The position numbers and the translations under genes are program-made. A stretch of DNA of 64,000 nt from a virus (taxonomy: Duplodnaviria; Heunggongvirae; Uroviricota; Caudoviricetes), in IMG/VR virus record IMGVR_UViG_3300046779_000230, positions 23,562 to 87,561 of that record, one strand, 5' to 3'. Below, piece after piece: positions 43,170-52,116 of the stretch. The notes beneath the pieces were generated by a model that did no database searches, had not been told where the DNA came from, and worked only from the letters and a program-made list of their open reading frames with translations. The first letter of the stretch is position 1. Every line of letters begins with the position of its first letter.

Positions 43170-44653
43170 TGTAAGTCAACTTCCACAAGTTTTAGTTTAA
43201 ATTGTTCTTCAGCGTATGTCTTGTAACGCTCAGCAGCATGATTTAGTGTATGATTCTTCCAAGACTTCCAATGCAAGTCATCTGCAATGTCGTAAAGTTT
43301 ACAAGAAACCTTACCGTCCTTTAAACGCAAACCACGACCAATGGATTGTAAATTTCTAATTTTTGATTTTGATGGCGACGCAAAGATAACATTCTCGATG
43401 GATGGTATGTTGATACCTGTGGAGAACGTGCCATAAGATGCGATGATGATTGCATCGTCTTCACCTTCTGTGATGTGACGAACTGCTTCTCTATCAGCTG
43501 TGTCTGTTCCACCGTACACAAAAAAGACTTTTCTGTCATCGTGTACTTTATCTTTTATAAGATCGTAGAGAACTTTACCGTGCTTTTCAACGTATTGAAA
43601 AAGAACGAGCGTATTACCTTTAGAATTTACTGCCAGATTTCTGATGAACTTGTTACGCTTTTCGTTCGTAACTAGCCAATCCATTTCTTCTTGGTACGTG
43701 TTTTTATTACGTTCTTTACGAATTAACTCACTATATTTTAATATAAGACACGTTATATTTAGTTGAGTCAATTTTCCAGAATCCATCAACGCTTTGGTAG
43801 TTGTCACACGATGTACTGGACCAAAGATACCTTCAAGGACTAGCTGGTGAATCTTTTTATTGTCTAGTGTACCAGTTGTGCCAATGCGATATTGGATGGT
43901 GTCCATCTTTTCCATAACACCAGTTAGTGACTTGGCTTTAAAGTTATGAGCCTCATCTCCAAACATAACATGGAACTGTTTGAACCATGACTTTGGTTGC
44001 AAGTAGATGGATTGCCAAGTTGTGATCAACACATGCTTGGTAAAGTCTTTTGGAAACCCACTGTATAACTTTTGGCAGTGGGTACCAACATCAAACCCAT
44101 TTGCTGATGAATAGTCTTCAAAGTCAGCGTACATCTGTTCAACTAGCGAAGTTGTTGGAACAATAAGAATACACTTACGTCCTTCATTCAAATGCCAACG
44201 CATTGTAGTGTATATGATGAACGACTTACCTGACGCAGTTGGCGACAGTAGTAATACACGCTCTTTGTTAAGAGCAGTCTGTACAGCTTCTACTTGATAA
44301 TCTCTAATCTCAATTGGCTTACCACGTCCATGTGGATTTAACCATTTGGCAAACTCTTCAACAAGTTCTGTTGTTATATTGTTGTTTGGAGCAAAGTTGT
44401 CTTTTAGTTCTACTGTATATTGATTGCGTTCGGCGAACTTGACAACATAATCTAACAATCCAATGTACAGAGTTTTTCTTACTTGATCATATAGACGCAC
44501 CTTACCGTCCCACAATCTTGCTCTGTATTGAGGAGTGTATTTTGCACCTGGATATTCATATGTGAAGAAATCAGCGATCTCCTGTTCAACAGAAGGGTCA
44601 CTGAATACTCTGACGTAAACTTCGTCTAGCTTTTCTACTTTTATTACATTCAT
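43166..44653 (-). CDS. uvsW: UvsW SF2 helicase
   Basis: It contains LLSPTASGKS, MFGDEAHN, GTTGT and QSIGRGLR. I chose the ATG at 44653, which gives a TAATG overlap with the uvsY stop. The track starts this ORF at 44680. Confidence 0.9.
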   Translation of the reverse strand: MNVIKVEKLDEVYVRVFSDPSVEQEIADFFTYEYPGAKYTPQYRARLWDGKVRLYDQVRKTLYIGLLDYVVKFAERNQYTVELKDNFAPNNNITTELVEEFAKWLNPHGRGKPIEIRDYQVEAVQTALNKERVLLLSPTASGKSFIIYTTMRWHLNEGRKCILIVPTTSLVEQMYADFEDYSSANGFDVGTHCQKLYSGFPKDFTKHVLITTWQSIYLQPKSWFKQFHVMFGDEAHNFKAKSLTGVMEKMDTIQYRIGTTGTLDNKKIHQLVLEGIFGPVHRVTTTKALMDSGKLTQLNITCLILKYSELIRKERNKNTYQEEMDWLVTNEKRNKFIRNLAVNSKGNTLVLFQYVEKHGKVLYDLIKDKVHDDRKVFFVYGGTDTADREAVRHITEGEDDAIIIASYGTFSTGINIPSIENVIFASPSKSKIRNLQSIGRGLRLKDGKVSCKLYDIADDLHWKSWKNHTLNHAAERYKTYAEEQFKLKLVEVDLQ

Positions 44654-45090
44654 TACATTCCAGCTAGGAACTTTTTCCATTCCACGTGTGTTTTAATCTG
44701 CCAATCTCTGGCTTTGATTTGACTTAATATAGACTCAAGCAGGTATATCATTGTTTCAAGATACTCAATCTTGACTCTCATTGTATTTAGATCTGAGTCC
44801 CCTTGAAGGAATTCGTCCATCTCATTCTTTAGTGGCTTAATACCTTGCCACTGTACCCAGCCGAGTTCATTCAATTCATCGCGGCTGAGTTCACCCCTGT
44901 AGTACCTAAACTTATTCTTGCGAAGTTGGTTATGGTCTGATGAAAGTTTTGTGTGTTTGAGTTTAACCCCTACGAGTAATCGTAGATATTTTGCGTGTAG
45001 CTTTGGGGTTGCTGTGGCTTGTTCGCCGAGAAAGTTATCATTAATGGAACAGTCTTTGTCCCATTCATCTTGTAGCTGTTCAATATTCAT
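44653..45090 (-). CDS. uvsY: recombination mediator UvsY
   Basis: The 145-aa product has the expected position next to uvsW. Its helical pattern is similar to T4 UvsY (LQ.E...D........A...P.L..K....). Confidence 0.8.
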   Translation of the reverse strand: MNIEQLQDEWDKDCSINDNFLGEQATATPKLHAKYLRLLVGVKLKHTKLSSDHNQLRKNKFRYYRGELSRDELNELGWVQWQGIKPLKNEMDEFLQGDSDLNTMRVKIEYLETMIYLLESILSQIKARDWQIKTHVEWKKFLAGM

Positions 45091-45114
45091 AATATCCTCA
45101 AAAATTATGTAGAC

Positions 45115-45143
45115 ATTATACTACATAATTGTAATAATTTCAA
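45115..45143 (-). promoter_or_regulatory. sigma70-type early promoter TTGAAA-17-TATAAT
   Basis: The minus strand reads TTGAAATTATTACAATTATGTAGTATAAT, ending 24 nt upstream of the uvsY ATG. Confidence 0.55.
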
Positions 45144-45673
45144 TTAAATTTGTAATAACTGTATCTGAATGTGGCGTTACCTACTAGGTATTGCACGTCT
45201 TGATTTGTTGATTGGAAGTTAAGAGATTCCAAAGAAATTGGAAATAGATCAATAAAACTAACTGTTTGAATAGCTTTATTGTTAGATCCTAAGATTTCTA
45301 GAGTTGCATCAGAATAGTTTTTAGCTAATTCAGAAACAACACCACGTTGGTCTTCGTTGATAAAATTAACGTACTGATTGTAGTCATTAGGAAATCCCAA
45401 TGCAATAATCCAGTTGTATATGGATTTGTAGTTCTCCATACTTTCGTCTACCAAAAACTGAACATTCAAAGTATCGTAAGTAAGAGACTCACCTGGAATT
45501 GGTGTTGTGTGGAATGGGTTTCCAAACTCTGGTGAACCAATCAAAATCCCTGGAAGATTTACTTGCTGACAGAAGAATGATACGCTTGGTAATTTTTGAA
45601 TGGCAAAATTGAACCCATTTGGTGACAATGGATTTAAATTTGCTGGAAGAGGACAGGTAAGTGTTGTAGCCAT
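45140..45673 (-). CDS. gp19-superfamily tail protein; by size and synteny a gp3-like tail-tube terminator
   Basis: At 177 aa it contains FNFAIQKLPSVSFFCQQVNLPGI...LNVQFLVD...F.YSYYKF. This parallels the tube protein in this window (FRVELTFPSFV..FLCKAATLPAS...WSVTVYND). It sits directly after gp23, where gp3 lies in T4-like cyanophages. Confidence 0.55.
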   Translation of the reverse strand: MATTLTCPLPANLNPLSPNGFNFAIQKLPSVSFFCQQVNLPGILIGSPEFGNPFHTTPIPGESLTYDTLNVQFLVDESMENYKSIYNWIIALGFPNDYNQYVNFINEDQRGVVSELAKNYSDATLEILGSNNKAIQTVSFIDLFPISLESLNFQSTNQDVQYLVGNATFRYSYYKFN

Positions 45674-45687
45674 AAAATTATTTAGGA

Positions 45688-45715
45688 ATTAAAAAAGGCT
45701 CCCGAAGGAGCCTTT
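45688..45715 (-). terminator. rho-independent terminator after gp23
   Basis: The hairpin is AAAGGCUCC-UUCG-GGAGCCUUU followed by UUUAAUU. Confidence 0.85.
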
Positions 45716-45750
45716 GAGTACCTATCTTACGTAGGTTCTATCTTACTTGA

Positions 45751-47028
45751 TTACATCAAGTTTGTAACTTTAACCTTGCGGTAGTATACGTTTTGGCCAG
45801 AAGCCATGCTAGTGAATGGGTTTGCAACCATACCGTAGCGAGTCTTGAAACCAATCTTTGGTTGGAAAGTGTTTGGATCAACTGCACGAACCATTTGTAG
45901 AGGAACGTATGGGCAGTAGAACAAACCAGCGTCAAAGGCAGAAGTACCTTTGTAACCAACAACGAAGAACTGGCTAGCAGACACGTTTGCAGAGTATGGA
46001 TCAACATACACTTTGTACTTGCCGTTTAGAACACCAGCGAAAGTAGTAGAAGTGTCGTCAACGTTTAGACCATTGTTACCAGCCAAAGCAGGAGTGTAGT
46101 CTAGAACACCAGCCATCGCCAATGCAGAAGCAACGTCTGCAGAAGTGATGATGAAGTTACCACGACCACGACGAGTTTGTTGACCGATAGCGTTTGCTTC
46201 ACGTTCGATTTGGAACATCAAGCCCTTGAACTTTTCAACAGACCAGCGACCATTAGAGTCAACGTCCAAGTCGAAAGTACCAGCAGTAGCAGTACCAACT
46301 TGGGCACCAGCCTTAGCAGCAGAGTAAACAGTACGAACAACTTCGCGGTTGATTTCTGCAGTGATTTCAGAAGACAAGATGTTAGACAATTCGCCTTCAG
46401 CATCCAAACCATGAACTGCCTTCAAGTCTTGAGCCAATTCAATAGTGTATTCTGCTTTCAAAGCACGAGTTTGTGCAGTAACAGTAGTCTTCTCGATAGA
46501 GAATGCCATTTGGTTGAACGCTGTTGCGCCACCTAGATCTTCAGCAGTAGCTGTAGAAACTGGAGTACCAGTAGTGTAAGTACCGTCAACTGGGTTAGAA
46601 CCAGCGTGAGTACCAGCACCAGAGAAGTCAGTATCTGCTTCGTTAAATAGAGCTTCAGCGCCAGCTTGGTTAGTGTACTTGCTCTTCATAGCGAAGATTA
46701 AACCAGTTGGTTGAGTCATTGGCTGAACACCAGCGATGTCATAAGCGATCATCTGTGGAGCAGCACGGCGAACCAAGCTGATTAGAACTGGATCGTAACC
46801 AGCCATGTTTGCGTTAGTACCAGCACCACCCAAAGCGATACCGTCGCCACCAGCGTTAGCTGGAGTAGCTTCGAACAATGCTTGAGCTTGCTTTGCCATT
46901 TCGCGTTCTTGGTTTTCCAAAAGAACAGCAGTAACTTCCTTACGGTAGTTGTCTTTGATAGATGGTGCAGATTCTGCGTTTAGAATCGGTGCCCATTTTT
47001 CCATTAGTTGTTGACGTGATGCAGTCAT
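45751..47028 (-). CDS. gp23: major capsid protein (T4 gp23 homolog)
   Basis: IELAQDLKAVHGLDAEGELSNILSSEITAEINREVV parallels T4 IELAQDLRAVHGMDADAELSGILATEIMLEINREVV. FQPKIGFKTRYG parallels T4 FQPVMGFKTRYG. Confidence 0.95.
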   Translation of the reverse strand: MTASRQQLMEKWAPILNAESAPSIKDNYRKEVTAVLLENQEREMAKQAQALFEATPANAGGDGIALGGAGTNANMAGYDPVLISLVRRAAPQMIAYDIAGVQPMTQPTGLIFAMKSKYTNQAGAEALFNEADTDFSGAGTHAGSNPVDGTYTTGTPVSTATAEDLGGATAFNQMAFSIEKTTVTAQTRALKAEYTIELAQDLKAVHGLDAEGELSNILSSEITAEINREVVRTVYSAAKAGAQVGTATAGTFDLDVDSNGRWSVEKFKGLMFQIEREANAIGQQTRRGRGNFIITSADVASALAMAGVLDYTPALAGNNGLNVDDTSTTFAGVLNGKYKVYVDPYSANVSASQFFVVGYKGTSAFDAGLFYCPYVPLQMVRAVDPNTFQPKIGFKTRYGMVANPFTSMASGQNVYYRKVKVTNLM

Positions 47029-47054
47029 TTTATTTTCCTTTTAAATTGTTGAGA

Positions 47055-48038
47055 TTATTTGCGGTTTAGTGCTTGTAGATACTTTGCCATTGTTGGGTCA
47101 ACTTTCTTTTCCTCGAACAATGCTTCTACTGGAGCGTCTGATACAACAGAAGATACTTCTGCTGCTGGTTTTGCGACGAAATAATTTTCGCGGATTGTTT
47201 GAACTTTACCTTTGAAAGATTCTGAATCTTCAAAGACTAATTCTTCTGCTAGACCTTTCAACTTCTCGACTTCAGTTGCCGCCAAACCTTCGCATGCCAT
47301 TGTAACGATTTCGTTACGAGTCATTTCGCTGACAGTTTTTGTCAACTCAACGTTGGCTGCTACTTGTTCGTCCAACTTAGCGTTTAGTTGTTCAATCTGT
47401 TCTTCTAAAGAACCTAGTACATCAAACTTCTCTTCTGGAACTTCGATATAGTGTTCTTCGAATAAACCTTTTAGTCCAGCAACAAATCCTTCTAGGATTT
47501 CCGCCTTCATACCACGCTCAAGGGCTAATTCATTCTGTGCCATCCACTGCTCGGCAATATAGCCAAGATATCCATCAACTTGTTCAACAATTCCCTCGAT
47601 ATTCTGTGCTAGTTGTTCATCCAACTTAGCTTCGAATGCTTCTTCTAGTTTAGCAACTTCTTGCTTAACTCTAGATACTACAGCTGCTTCAAAAATAGTT
47701 GCAGCTTTAGTTTTAAATTCTTCTGACAATTCTTCGCCGTTGATTAGAGCAGCAACATCAGCAGAAACGTCTACAGACAATTCTTCTTTAACTGTTGGCT
47801 TTGCGTCTTGTGCAGATGCGTTTGCTGTTACTTTGTTAGCCTTCTTAGAAGTACCACCTTCAGCAGACTTTTCATCTTCAACATCATTACGTGCGTTGTC
47901 TGGGTTCTGTGCAGCAGACGGAGCTTTTAGAGCTTCTTCGTCTAACTCATCTTCTACTAGATCTTCGGACAATTGCTCTTCAATTTGAGCTTCCTTAGAT
48001 TCAGCTAGAAGTTTAGCGATTTTTTGTTCGATTGACAT
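47055..48038 (-). CDS. gp22: prohead scaffold/core protein (gp22-like)
   Basis: The 327-aa protein is highly acidic and coiled-coil. It lies between the protease and the major capsid gene. Confidence 0.75.
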   Translation of the reverse strand: MSIEQKIAKLLAESKEAQIEEQLSEDLVEDELDEEALKAPSAAQNPDNARNDVEDEKSAEGGTSKKANKVTANASAQDAKPTVKEELSVDVSADVAALINGEELSEEFKTKAATIFEAAVVSRVKQEVAKLEEAFEAKLDEQLAQNIEGIVEQVDGYLGYIAEQWMAQNELALERGMKAEILEGFVAGLKGLFEEHYIEVPEEKFDVLGSLEEQIEQLNAKLDEQVAANVELTKTVSEMTRNEIVTMACEGLAATEVEKLKGLAEELVFEDSESFKGKVQTIRENYFVAKPAAEVSSVVSDAPVEALFEEKKVDPTMAKYLQALNRK

Positions 48039-48072
48039 CGTGTTCTCCTGTAACTGGAATAGTTCTATTAAA

Positions 48073-48088
48073 TTATTTATTATTTATC
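48073..48088 (-). promoter_or_regulatory. late promoter motif GATAAATAATAAATAA (two overlapping nATAAATA boxes)
   Basis: The motif lies 42 nt upstream of the gp22 ATG and overlaps the gp21 stop codon. An identical 16-mer occurs at 58101-58116. Confidence 0.55.
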
Positions 48089-48737
48089 TGATTTCACTCA
48101 GAAATTTCTTGAAAGCGTAAGCCTTTGCTTCTTCTAAATTCTTTGATGAAGTTTTCTTAATTAAAGACTTGACAGCATCAATATGTTTTTCCACAAACTT
48201 TCCATCAACAAATACCCACTCTTTAGATTCCATAATGCCTCTAACGAAAGCATCTGGAGCAGATGGGTCGGCAACGATATCAGCGGCTGTTGAAAGCATA
48301 AAATCGTCTTGTACAACTTGAACACCTTCTTTGTTCATCTGTAAAGAACCAAGAGCACGACTAGAAACGCCAAGGTTTGCTCCACCGTCTAATAGACCAC
48401 GTGCAATATTACCCATTGGTGTTTCAAGAATCTTTGCTCTACCGATATAGTTGGTACCTTCTTTACGAAGATCAACAATAAGATGAGACACTCTGTCTAA
48501 GTTAATAGATGGTGTGTCTGGGTGGCCAAGTTCACCGTAAGCGCGATTTGCTTTAACATATGATTCCATATATCTTGCAACTTCTTTATCCATGATTTGC
48601 TCTGGATAAGATCTACCATTACGGTTTATTAGTTCTGATTGAAGAAAAATACCTTCGATAAAGTATTGTTTACTTTTACCTAGTTTTTCTTCAACGATAA
48701 ATTTTGTATCTAGAACTTCTTCTCTGATAAGTTTCAT
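48084..48737 (-). CDS. gp21: prohead protease (T4 gp21 homolog)
   Basis: GELGHP parallels T4 GELNHP. LGVSSRALGSL parallels T4 PGVSSRGLGSL. Confidence 0.9.
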   Translation of the reverse strand: MKLIREEVLDTKFIVEEKLGKSKQYFIEGIFLQSELINRNGRSYPEQIMDKEVARYMESYVKANRAYGELGHPDTPSINLDRVSHLIVDLRKEGTNYIGRAKILETPMGNIARGLLDGGANLGVSSRALGSLQMNKEGVQVVQDDFMLSTAADIVADPSAPDAFVRGIMESKEWVFVDGKFVEKHIDAVKSLIKKTSSKNLEEAKAYAFKKFLSEIR

Positions 48738-48738
48738 T

Positions 48739-49170
48739 TTAGCTTCCTACTGTAGTTGTGTTGTCGTAAGAACCGAATTCTGCGTCTTCTACTTTAGGTG
48801 CATATCCAGAAACTTTACGTAGTTTTAAATATAACTCTACATAACCAGTACCAGTTTGCGCGACTTCAATGTCGAATGTGTTCGCTGTATTCTCTGATGG
48901 CAACTCTTGACCATCAAAAGAAATCATATCAGCTTGTTCAGTTGGTAGTGTCAAAACTCTTGTTGAGTTTCTAGAAACTGCAATAACATTGGCATTCTCA
49001 CCACCCCAACGAACACCAGTAATATTAACTGTTTGTGTCGCGCCAGAGATAGCTTGGTTGCTGTCTAAAATGTCTGCTTGAATATCAATAGTAGCAGTGC
49101 CGCCATTACCTGCGACTTTAACAACAGCTTCTGTTTCTGTTAGTTTTAAAATGCTTTTAGTTAGTGCCAT
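48739..49170 (-). CDS. hypothetical head-module protein; paralog of 2029-2514
   Basis: See the entry for 2029-2514. The two proteins share their N- and C-terminal blocks. Confidence 0.5.
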   Translation of the reverse strand: MALTKSILKLTETEAVVKVAGNGGTATIDIQADILDSNQAISGATQTVNITGVRWGGENANVIAVSRNSTRVLTLPTEQADMISFDGQELPSENTANTFDIEVAQTGTGYVELYLKLRKVSGYAPKVEDAEFGSYDNTTTVGS

Positions 49171-49606
49171 TTTGTTCCTCTAATTTATCGAGCACATATA
49201 GAAAGTTTTCTTTTGACTCTCTCATATACTCAATAATATCTTTTTGATTCTGTAACAAATTATTTAGGCGTTCTTGAGTTTGTTCTGAAATTGCTACAAT
49301 TGTTTTGTCTGACAGAACATAATGTATCTTGTTCTCAACTAATCTATCAATTTTGTTGTATTTACGCAGTTCACAGATAACAGGGTCTACTGAAAAAATA
49401 TTAGAAGCAGCTAACTCAACATATGACTCTATCAGAGTATCTGTTACTCTAACATCATGATGTTCTTTGATTATTTCTGCTACCTTTGAAGATGGAATTT
49501 CTTCGTAGGCTTCTTTAACTACTTCTTCTACAACATGATCAGTTGATGGCTTACCCACAGACTTGCTGTGTATATTCATTGAACCAACAAACTGTTTATA
49601 ATTCAT
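49157..49606 (-). CDS. hypothetical protein in the position of the T4 prohead-core gene gp68
   Basis: The 149-aa ORF lies between the portal and protease genes. The call rests on synteny only. Confidence 0.4.
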   Translation of the reverse strand: MNYKQFVGSMNIHSKSVGKPSTDHVVEEVVKEAYEEIPSSKVAEIIKEHHDVRVTDTLIESYVELAASNIFSVDPVICELRKYNKIDRLVENKIHYVLSDKTIVAISEQTQERLNNLLQNQKDIIEYMRESKENFLYVLDKLEEQNGTN

Positions 49607-49788
49607 TACTCAGCTTCTGCCTCTGTTTCTGTCTGTTGGACATTGAACATATTTTGAGCAACTTGTACTCTCATATCATCTAGCTTCACAGATAATTTTT
49701 CTGCCATAGCGGCATTGAATGCAGATTCTGTATCAACAGCATTACCTGTAACAATAGCAGAAATAAGATCTTTCACAGTATCAGTCAT
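49606..49788 (-). CDS. hypothetical small acidic protein in the position of the T4 prohead-core gene gp67
   Basis: The 60-aa ORF has the C-terminus ETEAEAE. The call rests on synteny only. Confidence 0.4.
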   Translation of the reverse strand: MTDTVKDLISAIVTGNAVDTESAFNAAMAEKLSVKLDDMRVQVAQNMFNVQQTETEAEAE

Positions 49789-49798
49789 TTAGTTCTCC

Positions 49799-51472
49799 TC
49801 AATTTGGCCATTTGCCTTTAGTCGGCTGTTTATTTGTTTGTTGCGTTTGGTCGTCTGCTGGTTGCTCATCTTGCGGAGCAGCGTCGGCACCTTGGTCACC
49901 ACCATCTTGTCCTTCAGGTTGAACCATGTTCTGCGCCATAAAGTTTTGTGCAGCTGTTTGTTGAGCGCCATCTAGTGTGCCCAATTGTTCAGCGTGTGAT
50001 AATTGGTCAGCTTGTTCAGATTCGATTTGGTTTTCGATTTCTTCAATCTCATCATCTTTCAATTGAAGAACATTCTTACGAACCCATTCTTTTGAATAGT
50101 ACTTGCCAACGAATGGATCTAACTGAGCTAACATGTTAACACGTTGTAACAATACTTCTGAATCTTTTAGTTCTGAGTAGTGATTGTCTTCAACAAAGTC
50201 GTAACGAATGTCTTGCTTGATATCATCCCACTCTTCTGGGCGAATGATATTCTTTGCGATTAACTGAACACGTAGCGCATCAGTAAACATTGTAGAGAAT
50301 TTTCTACGCAGTCTAACGATAAACTTATTAAACTTAATTTCTTCTCTGCTGATTTCAGTTGAACGACCAATAGAAAAACCTTGCTGCTCTTGCAAACGGC
50401 TAATTGGCACGTTTAGTGAGTGGTACAACTTGGATTGGAAGTATTCAATATCTTGAATCTCACCAAGGTTTTGTCCACCTGGAAGTGTAGTAATTTCTGT
50501 GCCTTTACCGCCTTCACGACGTGGCATCCAGAAGTCTTCCATCATTGAAAGGTGTTTACGATCGTCACGTGTTTCACCAGTAGTTGCGTCATAAACAATC
50601 TTGTTACGGAACTTGTTCATAATATCGTTAACATACTGTTCAGCTTTTAGCTTTGGTAAGTTACCAACGTCAACGTAGAAAATTCTACGCTCTGGGGCGC
50701 GTGAAATACGATAGATGACTAGGGCGTCTTCGATAAGTTTTAATTGGTTTACTGGTTTGATTGCCTTATGTAGATAAGACATCATCATGCCAGTGTTCTG
50801 GTCAATGTAACCAGATGGTACATACAACACAGAATCAAGGGACATCTTCACCCCTTGTGTAGCTGAGTCAGTGATACCTTTATCATTGTAAAGATAAAAC
50901 TCTTCGACTGTCTTTACAACTTCTAGTCCTTGAGCGTTTTTTTCTTTTACAATGTTTTTAATTCTACGAATCTTACGAGGATCAATGTATCTAAGTTCTA
51001 CGATACCTTGCTTGACATTCTTTTCGTCAATCAAGATATGAAAATACAATCTTCCGTCAATGTACCAATTACGGAATAACTCGTGTGCGCGATCGTTGAA
51101 TTTTAAAATCTTTAAGACTTTTGCAAATTCTTCTGAGATCTTTTTCTTGATTGCAGAAGAAACATTAACATCGTCTAATACAATACTGACTGGTGGATGC
51201 ACTCCATCAGCCACTATAGATTCATTAACAATATCATCAATAGCACCATCACAATCGCTGTACTGAGCAGTTTCACGATAACGACGAATTAAATCATTCT
51301 CGTTTTTTACGATGCTATCTAAGTCGATGACCATGCCATAATAACCACCAGAATTGACTCCAAAACTGGTGTTTACTACAGTTGCACCATCACCATCAGC
51401 TGCGCTCGGAGCAACAATACTCAGAGGCGCAGCTTGGTCTTTACGTTTTATCTCGAACCCAAAAATATTCAT
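49799..51472 (-). CDS. gp20: portal protein (T4 gp20 homolog)
   Basis: At 557 aa it contains a YRISRAPERRIFYVDVGNLPK core block like that of T4-type portals. It has the expected position between gp19 and the prohead genes. Confidence 0.88.
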   Translation of the reverse strand: MNIFGFEIKRKDQAAPLSIVAPSAADGDGATVVNTSFGVNSGGYYGMVIDLDSIVKNENDLIRRYRETAQYSDCDGAIDDIVNESIVADGVHPPVSIVLDDVNVSSAIKKKISEEFAKVLKILKFNDRAHELFRNWYIDGRLYFHILIDEKNVKQGIVELRYIDPRKIRRIKNIVKEKNAQGLEVVKTVEEFYLYNDKGITDSATQGVKMSLDSVLYVPSGYIDQNTGMMMSYLHKAIKPVNQLKLIEDALVIYRISRAPERRIFYVDVGNLPKLKAEQYVNDIMNKFRNKIVYDATTGETRDDRKHLSMMEDFWMPRREGGKGTEITTLPGGQNLGEIQDIEYFQSKLYHSLNVPISRLQEQQGFSIGRSTEISREEIKFNKFIVRLRRKFSTMFTDALRVQLIAKNIIRPEEWDDIKQDIRYDFVEDNHYSELKDSEVLLQRVNMLAQLDPFVGKYYSKEWVRKNVLQLKDDEIEEIENQIESEQADQLSHAEQLGTLDGAQQTAAQNFMAQNMVQPEGQDGGDQGADAAPQDEQPADDQTQQTNKQPTKGKWPN

Positions 51473-51492
51473 AATTAAGTTTTTAGTTTAAC

Positions 51493-52080
51493 TTATAGAG
51501 GTAGAGAACCAACTGGTGTATCAATAGAAACATTGACACCAAAGCCAGAAGTCGCACCAGTGTTAGAAGTAAAGAAGTTGTATTGGAATTCAACATCAAA
51601 CTGCTCAATGGCATTTTGTTGTTCATAATCCAAGCCAATAGCTCCAATTACAGTTGGGAATGCGTCTACAAACTTATAAGTCTTGACAGTTGCACCATTA
51701 CGATCTAGTTGGTGAACAGCTAGGTCAACTTGATAGTCAGATGGGTTTACACGACCGCTAGTAGTGTCGTAGTTCTGAATACCAGACTGCCATTGTTCTA
51801 GAGCATTACGAATACCGAATGTAGTATCGTTATACACAGTAACTGACCATGGTTGGAAAGTGCGTTCACCAGCGAAGTTTACTGGGCGACCACGATACAA
51901 AACTGGAATAGTTTCGATAGTAGAAGCTGGTAGTGTTGCTGCCTTACATAAGAATTGAGCACGTTGTCCTGCAACAACACCCAATGTCACGAATGACGGG
52001 AATGTTAGTTCAACACGGAATTGATTAGGGCGAGCACCGCCCCCAATCATTTGTGCCTTAAAATCAGCGATATTTGCCAT
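51493..52080 (-). CDS. gp19: tail tube protein (T4 gp19 homolog)
   Basis: RPNQFRVELTF...FLCKAATLPAS..ETIPV...GERTFQPWSVTVYND parallels T4 gp19 RPNLFQVEISY..FQCKATALPAG..EKIPV..GDRTFDDWTVTVMND. Confidence 0.9.
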   Translation of the reverse strand: MANIADFKAQMIGGGARPNQFRVELTFPSFVTLGVVAGQRAQFLCKAATLPASTIETIPVLYRGRPVNFAGERTFQPWSVTVYNDTTFGIRNALEQWQSGIQNYDTTSGRVNPSDYQVDLAVHQLDRNGATVKTYKFVDAFPTVIGAIGLDYEQQNAIEQFDVEFQYNFFTSNTGATSGFGVNVSIDTPVGSLPL

Positions 52081-52099
52081 TTAAATCTCCTTGTTCCTT

Positions 52100-52107
52100 T
52101 ATTTATC
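52100..52107 (-). promoter_or_regulatory. late promoter motif GATAAATA
   Basis: The motif lies 20 nt upstream of the gp19 ATG. Confidence 0.5.
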
Positions 52108-52116
52108 TCTTACTTC

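Noticed and set aside
49789-49971. A 60-aa minus-strand ORF overlapping the 3' end of the portal gene.
   Set aside because: It lies in an alternative frame nested in gp20. It has no RBS and its basic composition is typical of an off-frame reading.
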